Source: Candidatus Bathyarchaeota archaeon (GTDB taxonomy: Archaea; Thermoproteota; Bathyarchaeia; Bathyarchaeales; Bathycorpusculaceae). From it: a stretch of DNA of 64,000 bases. Under the pieces are notes generated by a model, which was given only the letters and a program-made list of their open reading frames with translations, did not search any database and had not been told where the DNA came from. Within the stretch, counting starts at the first letter, position 1. The number at the start of each line of letters is the position of its first letter. The DNA lies in assembly GCA_026014485.1 (NCBI GenBank), contig JAOZIE010000008.1:160716-224715 (forward strand), in the 5' to 3' direction. The translations under genes and the position numbers were made by a program. Positions 47,791 through 56,505 of the stretch are shown piece after piece.

Positions 47791-48374
47791 TACTGGTGCA
47801 CTCCCTTATGACCGAATTTGCGGCTTGGTCTTGCTTTCTCTGCGCCTTTACCTCGTTTGTGTAAGCCTCTCACGTTTTTGCCTGCGCTGGTTAAGCTTCT
47901 AAATGCGCGCCGCTTGTGCTGCTTCTCCGTTATCCAGCCGATGTCTTTGTCTGACTTGATTGCTGGGTGACTTGTGTCAACAAGTATGACTTCGAACCAT
48001 TTGCTGCGTCCATCTTCGCCGACCCAATAGCTGTTCAGAACTTCCGTGTTTGGGAACTTGCGTGCTGCCCGTTCCTCTGCGATGAGTTTGAGGCTCTTGG
48101 CTGGCTTGAACTGCTTGACACCCATGCGTTTGGGTCTGCGTCCTGAGACTGGTCGAATTTTTCGTAGGTTGCCTCTTCGAACTTTAACGCGTGCAATTAC
48201 GAAGCCTTGTTTGGCTTTGTATCCGAGTTTTCTGGCTCGGTCAAGCCTGAGAGGTTTTTCAACACGGACTATTGTGTGTTCTTTGCGCCATTGGATTAGA
48301 CGTTGGCGCATAAGCTCGTCAACGAAGCTTTTTTCAGGGTTTGCCCATTCTGCGGCTATGTATTTGTATGCCAT
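47790..48374 (-). CDS. rpl15e: Ribosomal protein eL15
   Basis: 194 aa. [10 protein letters not shown]...[10 protein letters not shown]..., [17 protein letters not shown] motifs of L15e. Confidence 0.9.
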   Translation of the reverse strand: MAYKYIAAEWANPEKSFVDELMRQRLIQWRKEHTIVRVEKPLRLDRARKLGYKAKQGFVIARVKVRRGNLRKIRPVSGRRPKRMGVKQFKPAKSLKLIAEERAARKFPNTEVLNSYWVGEDGRSKWFEVILVDTSHPAIKSDKDIGWITEKQHKRRAFRSLTSAGKNVRGLHKRGKGAEKARPSRKFGHKGVHQ

Positions 48375-48827
48375 TTCAAGTTATCTCCTAACATGTGTTT
48401 GTGTTTGCGGTTTTACGGTTCAGCCCTCAAGGGGCCACATCCCAACGGACACTGTGTTCCGTCAACAAATCGAAGTTTAACACTTCAAGCCAGAAAATAA
48501 ACCTTTCCAGAGGTGAAGCGGTTTTCAGGTTTAATTATCAACAGTTGATGTGTGATTCAGCGAAAACCTTTCAGGCTTGAGGCTTTTCAGCTATCATGTT
48601 CGTTAATTGGGGGCGTAGCTTTTGAGAATGCCGTGTAATAGAAACGTGTGGGTGCGTTTTAGGTGTTGGTAGCCCGTGAGACATGGGCTCTTGGGCATTA
48701 ATTTATACGAAAACAGGTCTCGGAGATATAGCTCTTTATCTCCCTTTTTTCTTTTTTGCAAGCGCTTTTTGTTAGCAAAGAGTAGTCTAATTTTTTCAGG
48801 CAGAATCGGCATAGGGAGGCCTTAGTT

Positions 48828-49868
48828 TTGGCTGCACAAGAAAAAAGGCAACCTAAGTCTTCGGTAACCAACACGACCAACACGTCTACCAACGCATACT
48901 ATGTGGTCTTGGATTTCTTGGAGCAGAAACCCTCAAGCGACGCCTACTGGTGCCCCAAACTAATAGCGGAAGAACTCGGCCTCAACTGCAACACCGTCCG
49001 CTGGGCACTAAAACAACTGCTCAAAGATAACAAGGTATTCTGGGTCCCAAAAGGCAAGGTACACCTCTATGCCTCGTCACGTCGATTCAGCGATGATTTT
49101 AGCCGATTAATGAAGCTCCATCCGCCCAAGAATCGATATGAAATACACGGCTTAACCCTAAAGATTACTGCCGAAAGCTTAGGCAAGAAGGCACTCGCCA
49201 ACGCGATACCAGTAGGTGGGGTAGTGCGAGATGGCTGGAAGGGCGTCGGCGGAGAGGGAACTGGCGAGACACGTTTCCAGTTGAGTGCTAAGTGTCTTAT
49301 GGTTTGGGGCAGCTTTACGAATTTGAGTTTGGATTTTGATCGGTTCTTGGTGTGGTTGGCTAGGGTTGATGGTTTTTTAGCGGCTAGGAAGTGGCCTAGA
49401 ATTGAGGGACAGCTAAAGTTGTGGATTGTGTGCCAGTTTGGCTTGAACAAGGATTATCAGCGCTTTCGTGTTGATGGGCTGGTGAAGGCGTTTAGTTTGC
49501 AGAGTTTTGAGGATTGGTTTGCCCGTGTCTATGACAAAGAGTTGCCCGGTGGTGAGCATGTGTTGCGTACGGAGGTTCACAGCAACCATGAAGAGCGTAG
49601 TTTAGATCAGATGATTGCATTACTGAATGGAGATTTGAGCGTGGTTGAAGCTAACAACTTGCTGTGCACCGTAACTGAAGCCACTAACAACAACACCAAG
49701 GCTCTGGGCGAAGTCATCAAGCGCCTAGGACAATTAAGCGATGCCATTGTTGCTACACGAAAAGAAAACATAGAGTTGGTGAATGCACTGCGTGAGCTTC
49801 TAAGTTTTAGGAGCGTTAATTGCCCGGATTATCCTAAGCGCCAGGGAGATAAAAGCTATGTTTACTAG
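48828..49868 (+). CDS. Hypothetical protein with N-terminal winged-helix-like DNA-binding region
   Basis: 346 aa. TTG start with GGGAGG about 9 nt upstream. After an N/T/S-rich leader, YYVVLDFLEQ...LIAEELGLNCNTVRWALKQLLKDNKVFWV looks like a wHTH. The rest is unrecognised. Confidence 0.6.
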   Translation: MAAQEKRQPKSSVTNTTNTSTNAYYVVLDFLEQKPSSDAYWCPKLIAEELGLNCNTVRWALKQLLKDNKVFWVPKGKVHLYASSRRFSDDFSRLMKLHPPKNRYEIHGLTLKITAESLGKKALANAIPVGGVVRDGWKGVGGEGTGETRFQLSAKCLMVWGSFTNLSLDFDRFLVWLARVDGFLAARKWPRIEGQLKLWIVCQFGLNKDYQRFRVDGLVKAFSLQSFEDWFARVYDKELPGGEHVLRTEVHSNHEERSLDQMIALLNGDLSVVEANNLLCTVTEATNNNTKALGEVIKRLGQLSDAIVATRKENIELVNALRELLSFRSVNCPDYPKRQGDKSYVY

Positions 49869-50229
49869 CTTGTTCTGTAAGAATCAGGGTATGTCTTGTT
49901 TGGTACTTTATATTTTTCGCAGTGAAAACCTGTTCAAAAGCACTTTTCATACCCCATCGAAGGCATGGAAAAAGTCCATGCTTTTTACAAATCACTTTTC
50001 TGCAGTTGCTTAGTCCTGATTACTTAATGCCGAATTTGCTTTTTGTTGATGGGCGAGAAAATATAAAGTGAGCACTTTGATATGGAGCGCACTTAAAAAT
50101 CTGTTCAAAACTTGAAAAGAGTGCTATTTATTATGCTTTCTTTTCTCGTTCAGCTTGTTTTGTTAAAGCTTAAATGTGCCTTTGTGGTTTAAATCATAAC
50201 ATCACATAAAATATTGCTTTGTGATATGA

Positions 50230-50865
50230 ATGATAAAGTCAAGTATCTTGCTAAAGAAACTTCGAATAGACAAAAAGGAATTCGTAACCGCAGAAGAGCT
50301 CAAGCGCTATTGCAAAGCATTGACCCTGAACTATGAGAAGACAATCAAATACTATGTTTCCAGAGGGTACCTTATCCGAATTTTCAAAGGCATCTTCTAC
50401 GTCAAATCCTTAGACGAAGTCAAGCTTAGCAAAGCTAAACACAACCATCTGGAACTTGTTGCCAAGGGCCTAGAACTTAAAGGCGTTAAGAACTGGTACT
50501 TCGGATTGTACACCGCACTGAAATTTAACAACCTAACGCATGAGAGCTTTGCGGTGGACTATGTTGTTAACGATAAACTGTTAAGGACAAAGCCCATCAA
50601 TGTAGCTGGATACAAGTTCAGATTCCTAAAGCTAGCTCCAAAACTCCTAGACTTTGGCATACTTGAAAATAATCTCAGATATTCAGACCCAGAAAAGACA
50701 ATACTTGACTTCATTTACACTTGGCGATATAACGGCATCCCAAAAGAGAAAATAGTCCTTGACGTTTCAGAATGGGCTAAGGATACATCAAAAGAAAAAA
50801 TCAAAAAGTATGCTGCCAACTATCCAAAAACGGTTCAGGAAATCGCTGACATGGTGATCAGATGA
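50230..50865 (+). CDS. abiEi: AbiEi-family antitoxin/transcriptional regulator (type IV toxin-antitoxin / abortive infection)
   Basis: 211 aa. FVTAEELKRY...YYVSRGYLIRIFKGIFYV resembles the AbiEi N-terminal wHTH motif (G.l.ri.rG.Y). 4-nt ATGA overlap with the downstream nucleotidyltransferase gene. Confidence 0.7.
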   Translation: MIKSSILLKKLRIDKKEFVTAEELKRYCKALTLNYEKTIKYYVSRGYLIRIFKGIFYVKSLDEVKLSKAKHNHLELVAKGLELKGVKNWYFGLYTALKFNNLTHESFAVDYVVNDKLLRTKPINVAGYKFRFLKLAPKLLDFGILENNLRYSDPEKTILDFIYTWRYNGIPKEKIVLDVSEWAKDTSKEKIKKYAANYPKTVQEIADMVIR

Positions 50866-51803
50866 GAGGAGACTTTGTAAACGAAGTAGCTAAACTACAA
50901 AAAGTCAAAAGAGCGGACCTGATAGAAAAAGACTTAATCCTTCACCAAGTGCTCTTTGACCTATCCAAAAATAAGTTCTTCCACGACAATTTTGCTTTCA
51001 AAGGCGGCACCTGCCTAGCTAAATGCTATCTTGATTACTTTAGATTCTCAGAAGACATCGATTTCACATGGAAAGACCAAAGTGTCTTTGACGGGAAATC
51101 GCAGAAAGAGGTTAGAAGGTACCTCTCACAGGTCATCGATAGGATTGGAGAAGTCTTTGAAGAAATCGCTAAAGCACATGAGTTAGACTTCAGTTGTCTA
51201 AAAGACGATCGGAATTATGTTGAGCTGACTGGTGGCGATAAGACTTGTACCTTTAAGTTGTGGTACCAATCCGAAGTTTTAGGACGCAAAAGCTTTCTTA
51301 AGGTTCAACTGAATTTTGTAGAGAAGATATGTTACCCTTTTAAAGGCGCTGAGCTGAAAAGTCTCATAGTCGAAAACCCCGAAGAGCTCATTTTACTGTA
51401 CCCTGAACACGAAGTTTATGCCAAGAAAATAGCGTTTGATGTTTACGATTGCCATGAGATTTTAGCGGAGAAAATCCGAGCAATACTTACCCGACAAGGC
51501 ACAAAAGCAAGAGATTACCTCGATGTATACCTAATTGAAAAACAATTCAGAATCCACTTAGATGACATCTATACCTGCGTATTAAAGAAAACCCAGTTTA
51601 CGCTCAACCTCTATGAAAGATACCGCCAAAACTTAGAGGAGAAAAAGCGAACGCTTTTGTCGACGCCGTTCAACTGGGGTGAAGAGAAAGGACTTCTGCT
51701 AAAAGAAATCGACGAGACGGATTTCTACAAATTTATTGAAAGACTGAAAGCTTTCTTAAAGAAAGTCATAGATAACTTGCCTGAAAGAGAAAAAAGCAGG
51801 TAA
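50862..51803 (+). CDS. abiEii: AbiEii/AbiGii-family nucleotidyltransferase toxin (DUF1814)
   Basis: 313 aa. FAFKGGTCLAKCYLDYFRFSEDIDFTW matches the GGT.L...y..R.SeDiDf core of DUF1814 nucleotidyltransferases. Confidence 0.8.
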   Translation: MRGDFVNEVAKLQKVKRADLIEKDLILHQVLFDLSKNKFFHDNFAFKGGTCLAKCYLDYFRFSEDIDFTWKDQSVFDGKSQKEVRRYLSQVIDRIGEVFEEIAKAHELDFSCLKDDRNYVELTGGDKTCTFKLWYQSEVLGRKSFLKVQLNFVEKICYPFKGAELKSLIVENPEELILLYPEHEVYAKKIAFDVYDCHEILAEKIRAILTRQGTKARDYLDVYLIEKQFRIHLDDIYTCVLKKTQFTLNLYERYRQNLEEKKRTLLSTPFNWGEEKGLLLKEIDETDFYKFIERLKAFLKKVIDNLPEREKSR

Positions 51804-51943
51804 GCTTTTCTGTTGTTGGATTTTGAGCAAAAAGTAGCCAACCAAGAAATACACATATACTCTCTACTTGCGGGTAACTGCCGAAAAATAAGAAAGCATT
51901 ATTTTTAACAACCCGTAATATTTGCATGTGAGCCAAAACTTAA

Positions 51944-52517
51944 CTTAAATTTCATGGGCCATTTCACATTATTAACGGTCAAGAAGAAAATCTTCTGCTA
52001 TCTCCACTTGGCGAATTAAAAGGCGTTTATGTTTGGGCCATTCCCTTTCAAAACAAATACTTGTCATATTATGTGGGTGAAACAGGTAAATCATTTGTTT
52101 ACCGCACTATGGAACACGTCAAGTGTTATTTGAATGGCTTTTATCGAATCTATAACCCTGAAGAGTTTGCTATGGGCAAGAAGAAGCTGGTCTGGGGTGG
52201 AATGTGGAAAACCGACAGAAAAAGCCCAAAAATAATGATAGAATACTTACAACTACCAGCAGTTATCAGCTCTTGCATATGCATTTCTAACGCAATTTCG
52301 AGTTTTCTTAGTTCCACTTGATAATGATAACCAAAGACTTCGACAAAGAATAGAAGCTGCAATTGCTCAAGACTTACTTCAACAGGATGGGATTATAGGC
52401 AGCTTTCAAGATAACGACATAAGATATTATCTTAGGCGACAGAGCGAACCGCCAATCAAAATAAAGCTAAACGGGTATGAACAGTTACTTGGACTAAACT
52501 GCGAACTAACCATATAA
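51944..52517 (+). pseudogene. Decayed GIY-YIG nuclease-family gene (at least two frameshifts, no in-frame start)
   Basis: The middle frame encodes LKGVYVWAIPFQNKYLSYYVGETGKSFVYRTMEH (GIY...YVG...R..EH). The N-terminus (ATG 51954, MGHFTLLTVKKK...) and the C-terminus (...FRVFLVPLDNDNQRLRQRIEAAIAQDL...ELTI*) lie together in a different frame. The shifts fall near A-runs at about 51981-51990 and between 52241 and 52319. Confidence 0.6.
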
Positions 52518-52557
52518 CCGGTACAGCAACAGAATTAGTGTTTTTTTCCTTCGTCTT

Positions 52558-53079
52558 TCATTTGTGGTTGTTAGGTTCAAATTCTACTTTTCCAGTTGTA
52601 GTTATTCTGGCTACTTTCCAGTCATAGCTACCCTTTGATACCGCTGTTTTAATAGAACCAATGACTGTGTGCGTCTGTGGAGTTGTGGGTTTAGCAAGAA
52701 AAGTTACACTTTTCACTTGCTTTTCTTGGTTTAGACCATCGAAGACCACAAAGTCCACAGGGTCCATAATCGCTTTTATGTCATAGGGGTCGTACTCCAA
52801 CTCCTTGAATTCTGGGCACAAGCAGTTTTTGACCATCAGCGGAACCTTGTTTCTGCCACGCTCGATTGCTGTCTCACGCATTTCTGCTTCCTTAGCTTGA
52901 AATACTTGCTCTTTATCCTGCAACGTAAGAAGCTTCAATTCGTATTTGTCTAGCCAAGTTTTAGGTGATTTGCCTGAGTATTTCAGGTGCAAATCGCTCA
53001 TCCGCACGATTTCTCCGCAGCAGGGACAAACGCAAAGAATCCGCCTAAACGACTGAAAAGCATCTAACAACTTCTTCAT
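52558..53079 (-). CDS. Cys-cluster + coiled-coil + Holliday-junction-resolvase-related endonuclease-like domain protein; paralogue B, catalytic E-x-K replaced by L-A-K
   Basis: 173 aa. CVCPCCGEIVRMSDLHLKY; charged helix QDKEQVFQAKEAEMRETAIERGRNK; DPYDIKAIMDPVDFVVFDGL...VKSVTFLAKP. The ATG overlaps the stop of the upstream paralogue (TAATG). Confidence 0.65.
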   Translation of the reverse strand: MKKLLDAFQSFRRILCVCPCCGEIVRMSDLHLKYSGKSPKTWLDKYELKLLTLQDKEQVFQAKEAEMRETAIERGRNKVPLMVKNCLCPEFKELEYDPYDIKAIMDPVDFVVFDGLNQEKQVKSVTFLAKPTTPQTHTVIGSIKTAVSKGSYDWKVARITTTGKVEFEPNNHK

Positions 53080-53558
53080 TAGAGAATCCTCACGTCAACC
53101 TTGTTATCTGCGATGGCGTCGCGGATAAGCCGCTGATGCTTATTCAGGTCTGAATTTCCCGATTTAATTTCAAGAAAGGTTATGTGATCAACTTCTCTGT
53201 TTAGCAAACCGTTGAACACTATGATGTCAATTGGATCGAATAGTGGTCTGCATTCTGCAAACTGCAGATTGAGGTCCTTGTAAGCTGGAATGAATCGTTC
53301 TATGATTTTGCCAAACCCAATTTCGATCGCCTTCTTTTCAGAAGTCACGTCTGCAGATAACTTTCTTTTCTCCAGATCCTTTGTGCGTTCGGCAAGTTCA
53401 CGCATAAGCTTAAGCTTGGCGAATATGGCCTCTTTGGGAAAATTCTTTGTGCCGTCAAAGAGCATAGAATCAGAGAGGTTGAATTCATTATCGCATTTTG
53501 GACATTGAGCTAATAATTTCGAGTTCTTTAGATTTTCAATGAATAAACCCAAATCCAA
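53079..53558 (-). CDS. CxxC motif + coiled-coil + Holliday-junction-resolvase-related PD-(D/E)xK endonuclease-like protein; paralogue A, motif intact
   Basis: 159 aa. TTG start with AGGT upstream. CPKCDNEFNLSDSMLFDG; charged helix; LFDPIDIIVFNGL...VDHITFLEIKSGNSDLNKHQRLIRDAI, matching the D...(D)...E-x-K layout I recall for the Endonuc_Holl/COG4741 family. Confidence 0.65.
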   Translation of the reverse strand: MDLGLFIENLKNSKLLAQCPKCDNEFNLSDSMLFDGTKNFPKEAIFAKLKLMRELAERTKDLEKRKLSADVTSEKKAIEIGFGKIIERFIPAYKDLNLQFAECRPLFDPIDIIVFNGLLNREVDHITFLEIKSGNSDLNKHQRLIRDAIADNKVDVRIL

Positions 53559-53762
53559 GGTTTGAACCTGAATATTAGGTTCCCACTGATTAAACTTAAA
53601 TGATTTATGAATTCATATTAAGTAAGCAACCATTGTATTTCCGTTTGAGGTCACGGTTTAATTTTATGAAAGCACTGCAAAAAAACAATTATTTGCTAAC
53701 TCTGAAAATGTTAAATACTTATAGAAAATATAAGTAAACTGAAAGCTGGTTGAAAAATTAGG

Positions 53763-55466
53763 ATGCTTGCTTATGAACTTTACTTGAAAAATAAAGAAAA
53801 CACAGAAGAGTTTGTGCCTAAAGTTCCAATTAAGAAAGTGTTCGTTAAGGTTGGCGATAACGTAACTCTTCAACTGGACCAAAAAACCTTAGAACATTAT
53901 GGAGACGACCTGAGCGAAAAAGATCACAATTATTATTTTCAAAAATCTCTCTCCATGCCGTCAAAAAACCTTGCATCAATCGGTCTGCCTTACAGAGGAA
54001 CTGGAACTAACAATAATAACCCATATGTAGAGTTCTTCGGCAAATATGAAAAAGGCGAATTAAAAATCTCCATAAAAGGAAAAAAGAAAATCAGTAAAAA
54101 ACAAAATGAGGCTTATGAATACTCATATAGCTTTGAAAATGATAAAGAATTTGCCGCCGTTCCAGTTGATTTCTTGGTTTTAAGACTTGATAGGAAAAGC
54201 TATTTTTTTGGTGAAAAGCTGCTTTTCGACAGTTACAAAGAAGTCGGAGTCATTAGCGCAGAAGGTGCGTTGCCGTCAAAGGTATTTCTTGCGGTTTGTA
54301 GAGCCTTCTCTTCTTTATGGCAAGAGAAAATAAAGAGTGAAGAACTCAAAGAGTACAGTAGATTCTCATTTCAGATAGTCATCTTGCCGTTTTCACTTCT
54401 GCCAAATGGAAAGATCACCTACCGTAGTGATGAGGCATCCAATTGTTCGGTTAAGGAGTCCGAAGACAGTTTTGGAAACCAGGTAACGGGTTATACAGCA
54501 AAACGTACACAGACGGCAAAATTTTTTTCTTTCAATGATCCAGCTTTTTCTATCAACTGCAGAACCGGCAAAGAGTTCTATCAGAATCTCGATATCGGTG
54601 ATCAAACTGTACGTAAAATTAATTTGTCCGGATTGAAAACGGGTGTAAATTGGTATTTTTATGATGTAAATAACCCGTCATTCCAGTTTGAGAATACACG
54701 TTCAGGTATCTATGACCGGCTTCTCAACAACTATAACCACTTGATAAAACAAGCTGGCGAATTTGCAGCCAAAAAATCCACTATGAAGATTATATTTGTT
54801 AAAAAAACGCAGGCTAAACTTGAAGTACTTCTCGATGAGAATTTGACTTTTGATCAACTGAAACAGATGCTAAGTCGTGCTCAAGATAACTTAGCCCATC
54901 ATCCAATGGCTTTAGAGTCGCTTATAATAAAAAGGAAAAATGACATCGTATGGACTGATTATCTCACTGCAATAAGGCATTTCTTGAATGGCACCTTTGT
55001 TGATCGTACCTTTTTGGTTCAGCGGTTTACCCTTATCCTCTGGGAAAATCTCCGAGAATGGATAAAGGGTAATAAGCCAGACAGCAAAGCAGGGGACTTT
55101 TTTGAAAAATCCCAGTTTTGCTTGAATCTATTAACTAAAACTGAGGGAGGATTAGCTGTGAATAAAAACGAAAAATATGCATACAAGATTGGCTGTATAG
55201 CCGGAAAATACGTGAAATTTAAAAGAGAAAAAGATGAAGCAAACAACTCGACCAAAGACATTCTGACTTATTCTAGATATGATTTGGACCGCCTTAAATG
55301 GGTATATCAGCGGGCATGCAACAGTACCTTGCTTTCTAAAGCCGACTATATCGATTTCAGTCAATCTATAAAAAACGACATACCTGAAGATGAAATTGAA
55401 GAAGAAAAAGCACACGAAGACTATTCCTACTTTTTCTACAAAGGCGTCTTCCAAAATCTAACTTAA
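53763..55466 (+). CDS. cas8: Putative Cascade large subunit (Cas8b-like), highly divergent
   Basis: 567-aa ORF directly upstream of cas7-cas5-cas3, of the size and position expected for a type I large subunit. I recognise no sequence motif. Confidence 0.55.
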   Translation: MLAYELYLKNKENTEEFVPKVPIKKVFVKVGDNVTLQLDQKTLEHYGDDLSEKDHNYYFQKSLSMPSKNLASIGLPYRGTGTNNNNPYVEFFGKYEKGELKISIKGKKKISKKQNEAYEYSYSFENDKEFAAVPVDFLVLRLDRKSYFFGEKLLFDSYKEVGVISAEGALPSKVFLAVCRAFSSLWQEKIKSEELKEYSRFSFQIVILPFSLLPNGKITYRSDEASNCSVKESEDSFGNQVTGYTAKRTQTAKFFSFNDPAFSINCRTGKEFYQNLDIGDQTVRKINLSGLKTGVNWYFYDVNNPSFQFENTRSGIYDRLLNNYNHLIKQAGEFAAKKSTMKIIFVKKTQAKLEVLLDENLTFDQLKQMLSRAQDNLAHHPMALESLIIKRKNDIVWTDYLTAIRHFLNGTFVDRTFLVQRFTLILWENLREWIKGNKPDSKAGDFFEKSQFCLNLLTKTEGGLAVNKNEKYAYKIGCIAGKYVKFKREKDEANNSTKDILTYSRYDLDRLKWVYQRACNSTLLSKADYIDFSQSIKNDIPEDEIEEEKAHEDYSYFFYKGVFQNLT

Positions 55467-55476
55467 GGTGACAAAC

Positions 55477-56505
55477 ATGACTGAAAATCAAAAAACTGGA
55501 TTAAAAAATCTAAAAAAAGAACTGCTCTTCTACTATGAATCTAGACAGAATCCGAACGGCGACCCAGGCTTTGAAAACCAGCCGCGCCAAATGCCTGATG
55601 GCACAATAATAGTTACTGACGTGCGGATTAAGCGAACAATCCGTGACTACGCAAAAAGCAAGTACGACAATACCACCTTGTTTGTCGATTTGGGAGAAAA
55701 TGGCAAACCTGTAATGGCTGATGACAGGGCTGAAGAAATTATCGGCTCACTTAGCGGTGACGCTATAAAAAGTTTGGCAATCAAAACGTTTGATGTTCCT
55801 CTGTTCGGCGCTCTAGTTACTATTAGAAAGGGTAAAGATAAGAAAGGAAAGGACAAGGACAGTGGCTCTCAAAAGTTAACTGGACCCGTTCAGTTTGCTA
55901 TAGGCCGAAGCGTTAATCAAGTGCAAATTTTGAACCCCCAAATTACGGGAAGGTTTGTGGGCAAAGAAAAAAAGAGCGCATTACAAGATGACGACCAGAA
56001 ACAAGAGCAGTTTGGCAGTATTGGAAAGTTCTATGCGGTGGATTATGCTTTGATTAAGATACAGGGCGCCGTGAACCCCGCTAACCTTGGGGAATACCTC
56101 GAAGACGCCGCCGTCGTGGAGAGTTTTAAGAAAGCAGAGAACAAACTGTTCAATTGCCTTTGGGAGGGAACCAACGCCTTAATTACTCGGTCCAAGTTCC
56201 CGCAGAGAAGCATATTCCTCTTGGAGGTAACCTATGATTCTTCAATCTACAATGACCTGCCAGTTCTGGTTGAAGAAGATCAGGCGCTTAAAGGCCGAGC
56301 CAACGGCTTAACAGATTCCCCGCTAAAGTTCACCAAGTTGCTTGAAGCACTCAAAACCCGCGAGGGAAAAGTCAAAAAAGTGCGGCTGGCATCCTGCAGA
56401 GAACTGCTCAAAGATACGCAAAAGCTCAAAGCCGACATAGAAGCCCTTAGAATTCCAGTTGAATTAGTACCGACTGAAGAGCCTTTGGGGGTGGCAGCGA
56501 GTTGA
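55477..56505 (+). CDS. cas7: CRISPR-associated Cas7 (Csh2/Csd2-like backbone subunit)
   Basis: ATG 55477 with AGGTGA 5 nt upstream. ESRQNPNGDPGFENQPRQMPDGTIIVTDVRIKRTIRDY is the signature N-terminal block of Csh2/Csd2-type Cas7. Confidence 0.85.
   Translation: MTENQKTGLKNLKKELLFYYESRQNPNGDPGFENQPRQMPDGTIIVTDVRIKRTIRDYAKSKYDNTTLFVDLGENGKPVMADDRAEEIIGSLSGDAIKSLAIKTFDVPLFGALVTIRKGKDKKGKDKDSGSQKLTGPVQFAIGRSVNQVQILNPQITGRFVGKEKKSALQDDDQKQEQFGSIGKFYAVDYALIKIQGAVNPANLGEYLEDAAVVESFKKAENKLFNCLWEGTNALITRSKFPQRSIFLLEVTYDSSIYNDLPVLVEEDQALKGRANGLTDSPLKFTKLLEALKTREGKVKKVRLASCRELLKDTQKLKADIEALRIPVELVPTEEPLGVAAS

Noticed and set aside
48375-48827. Looked for a tRNA gene, att-like repeat or integrase at the left edge of the accessory region
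   Set aside because: There is no cloverleaf-compatible sequence (no T-loop GTTCGAATC-like motif with matching acceptor arms) and no integrase ORF. The ORFs in the track here (48395..48580, 48603..48812, 48698..48892) lack RBS and motifs. An integrative element cannot be claimed.
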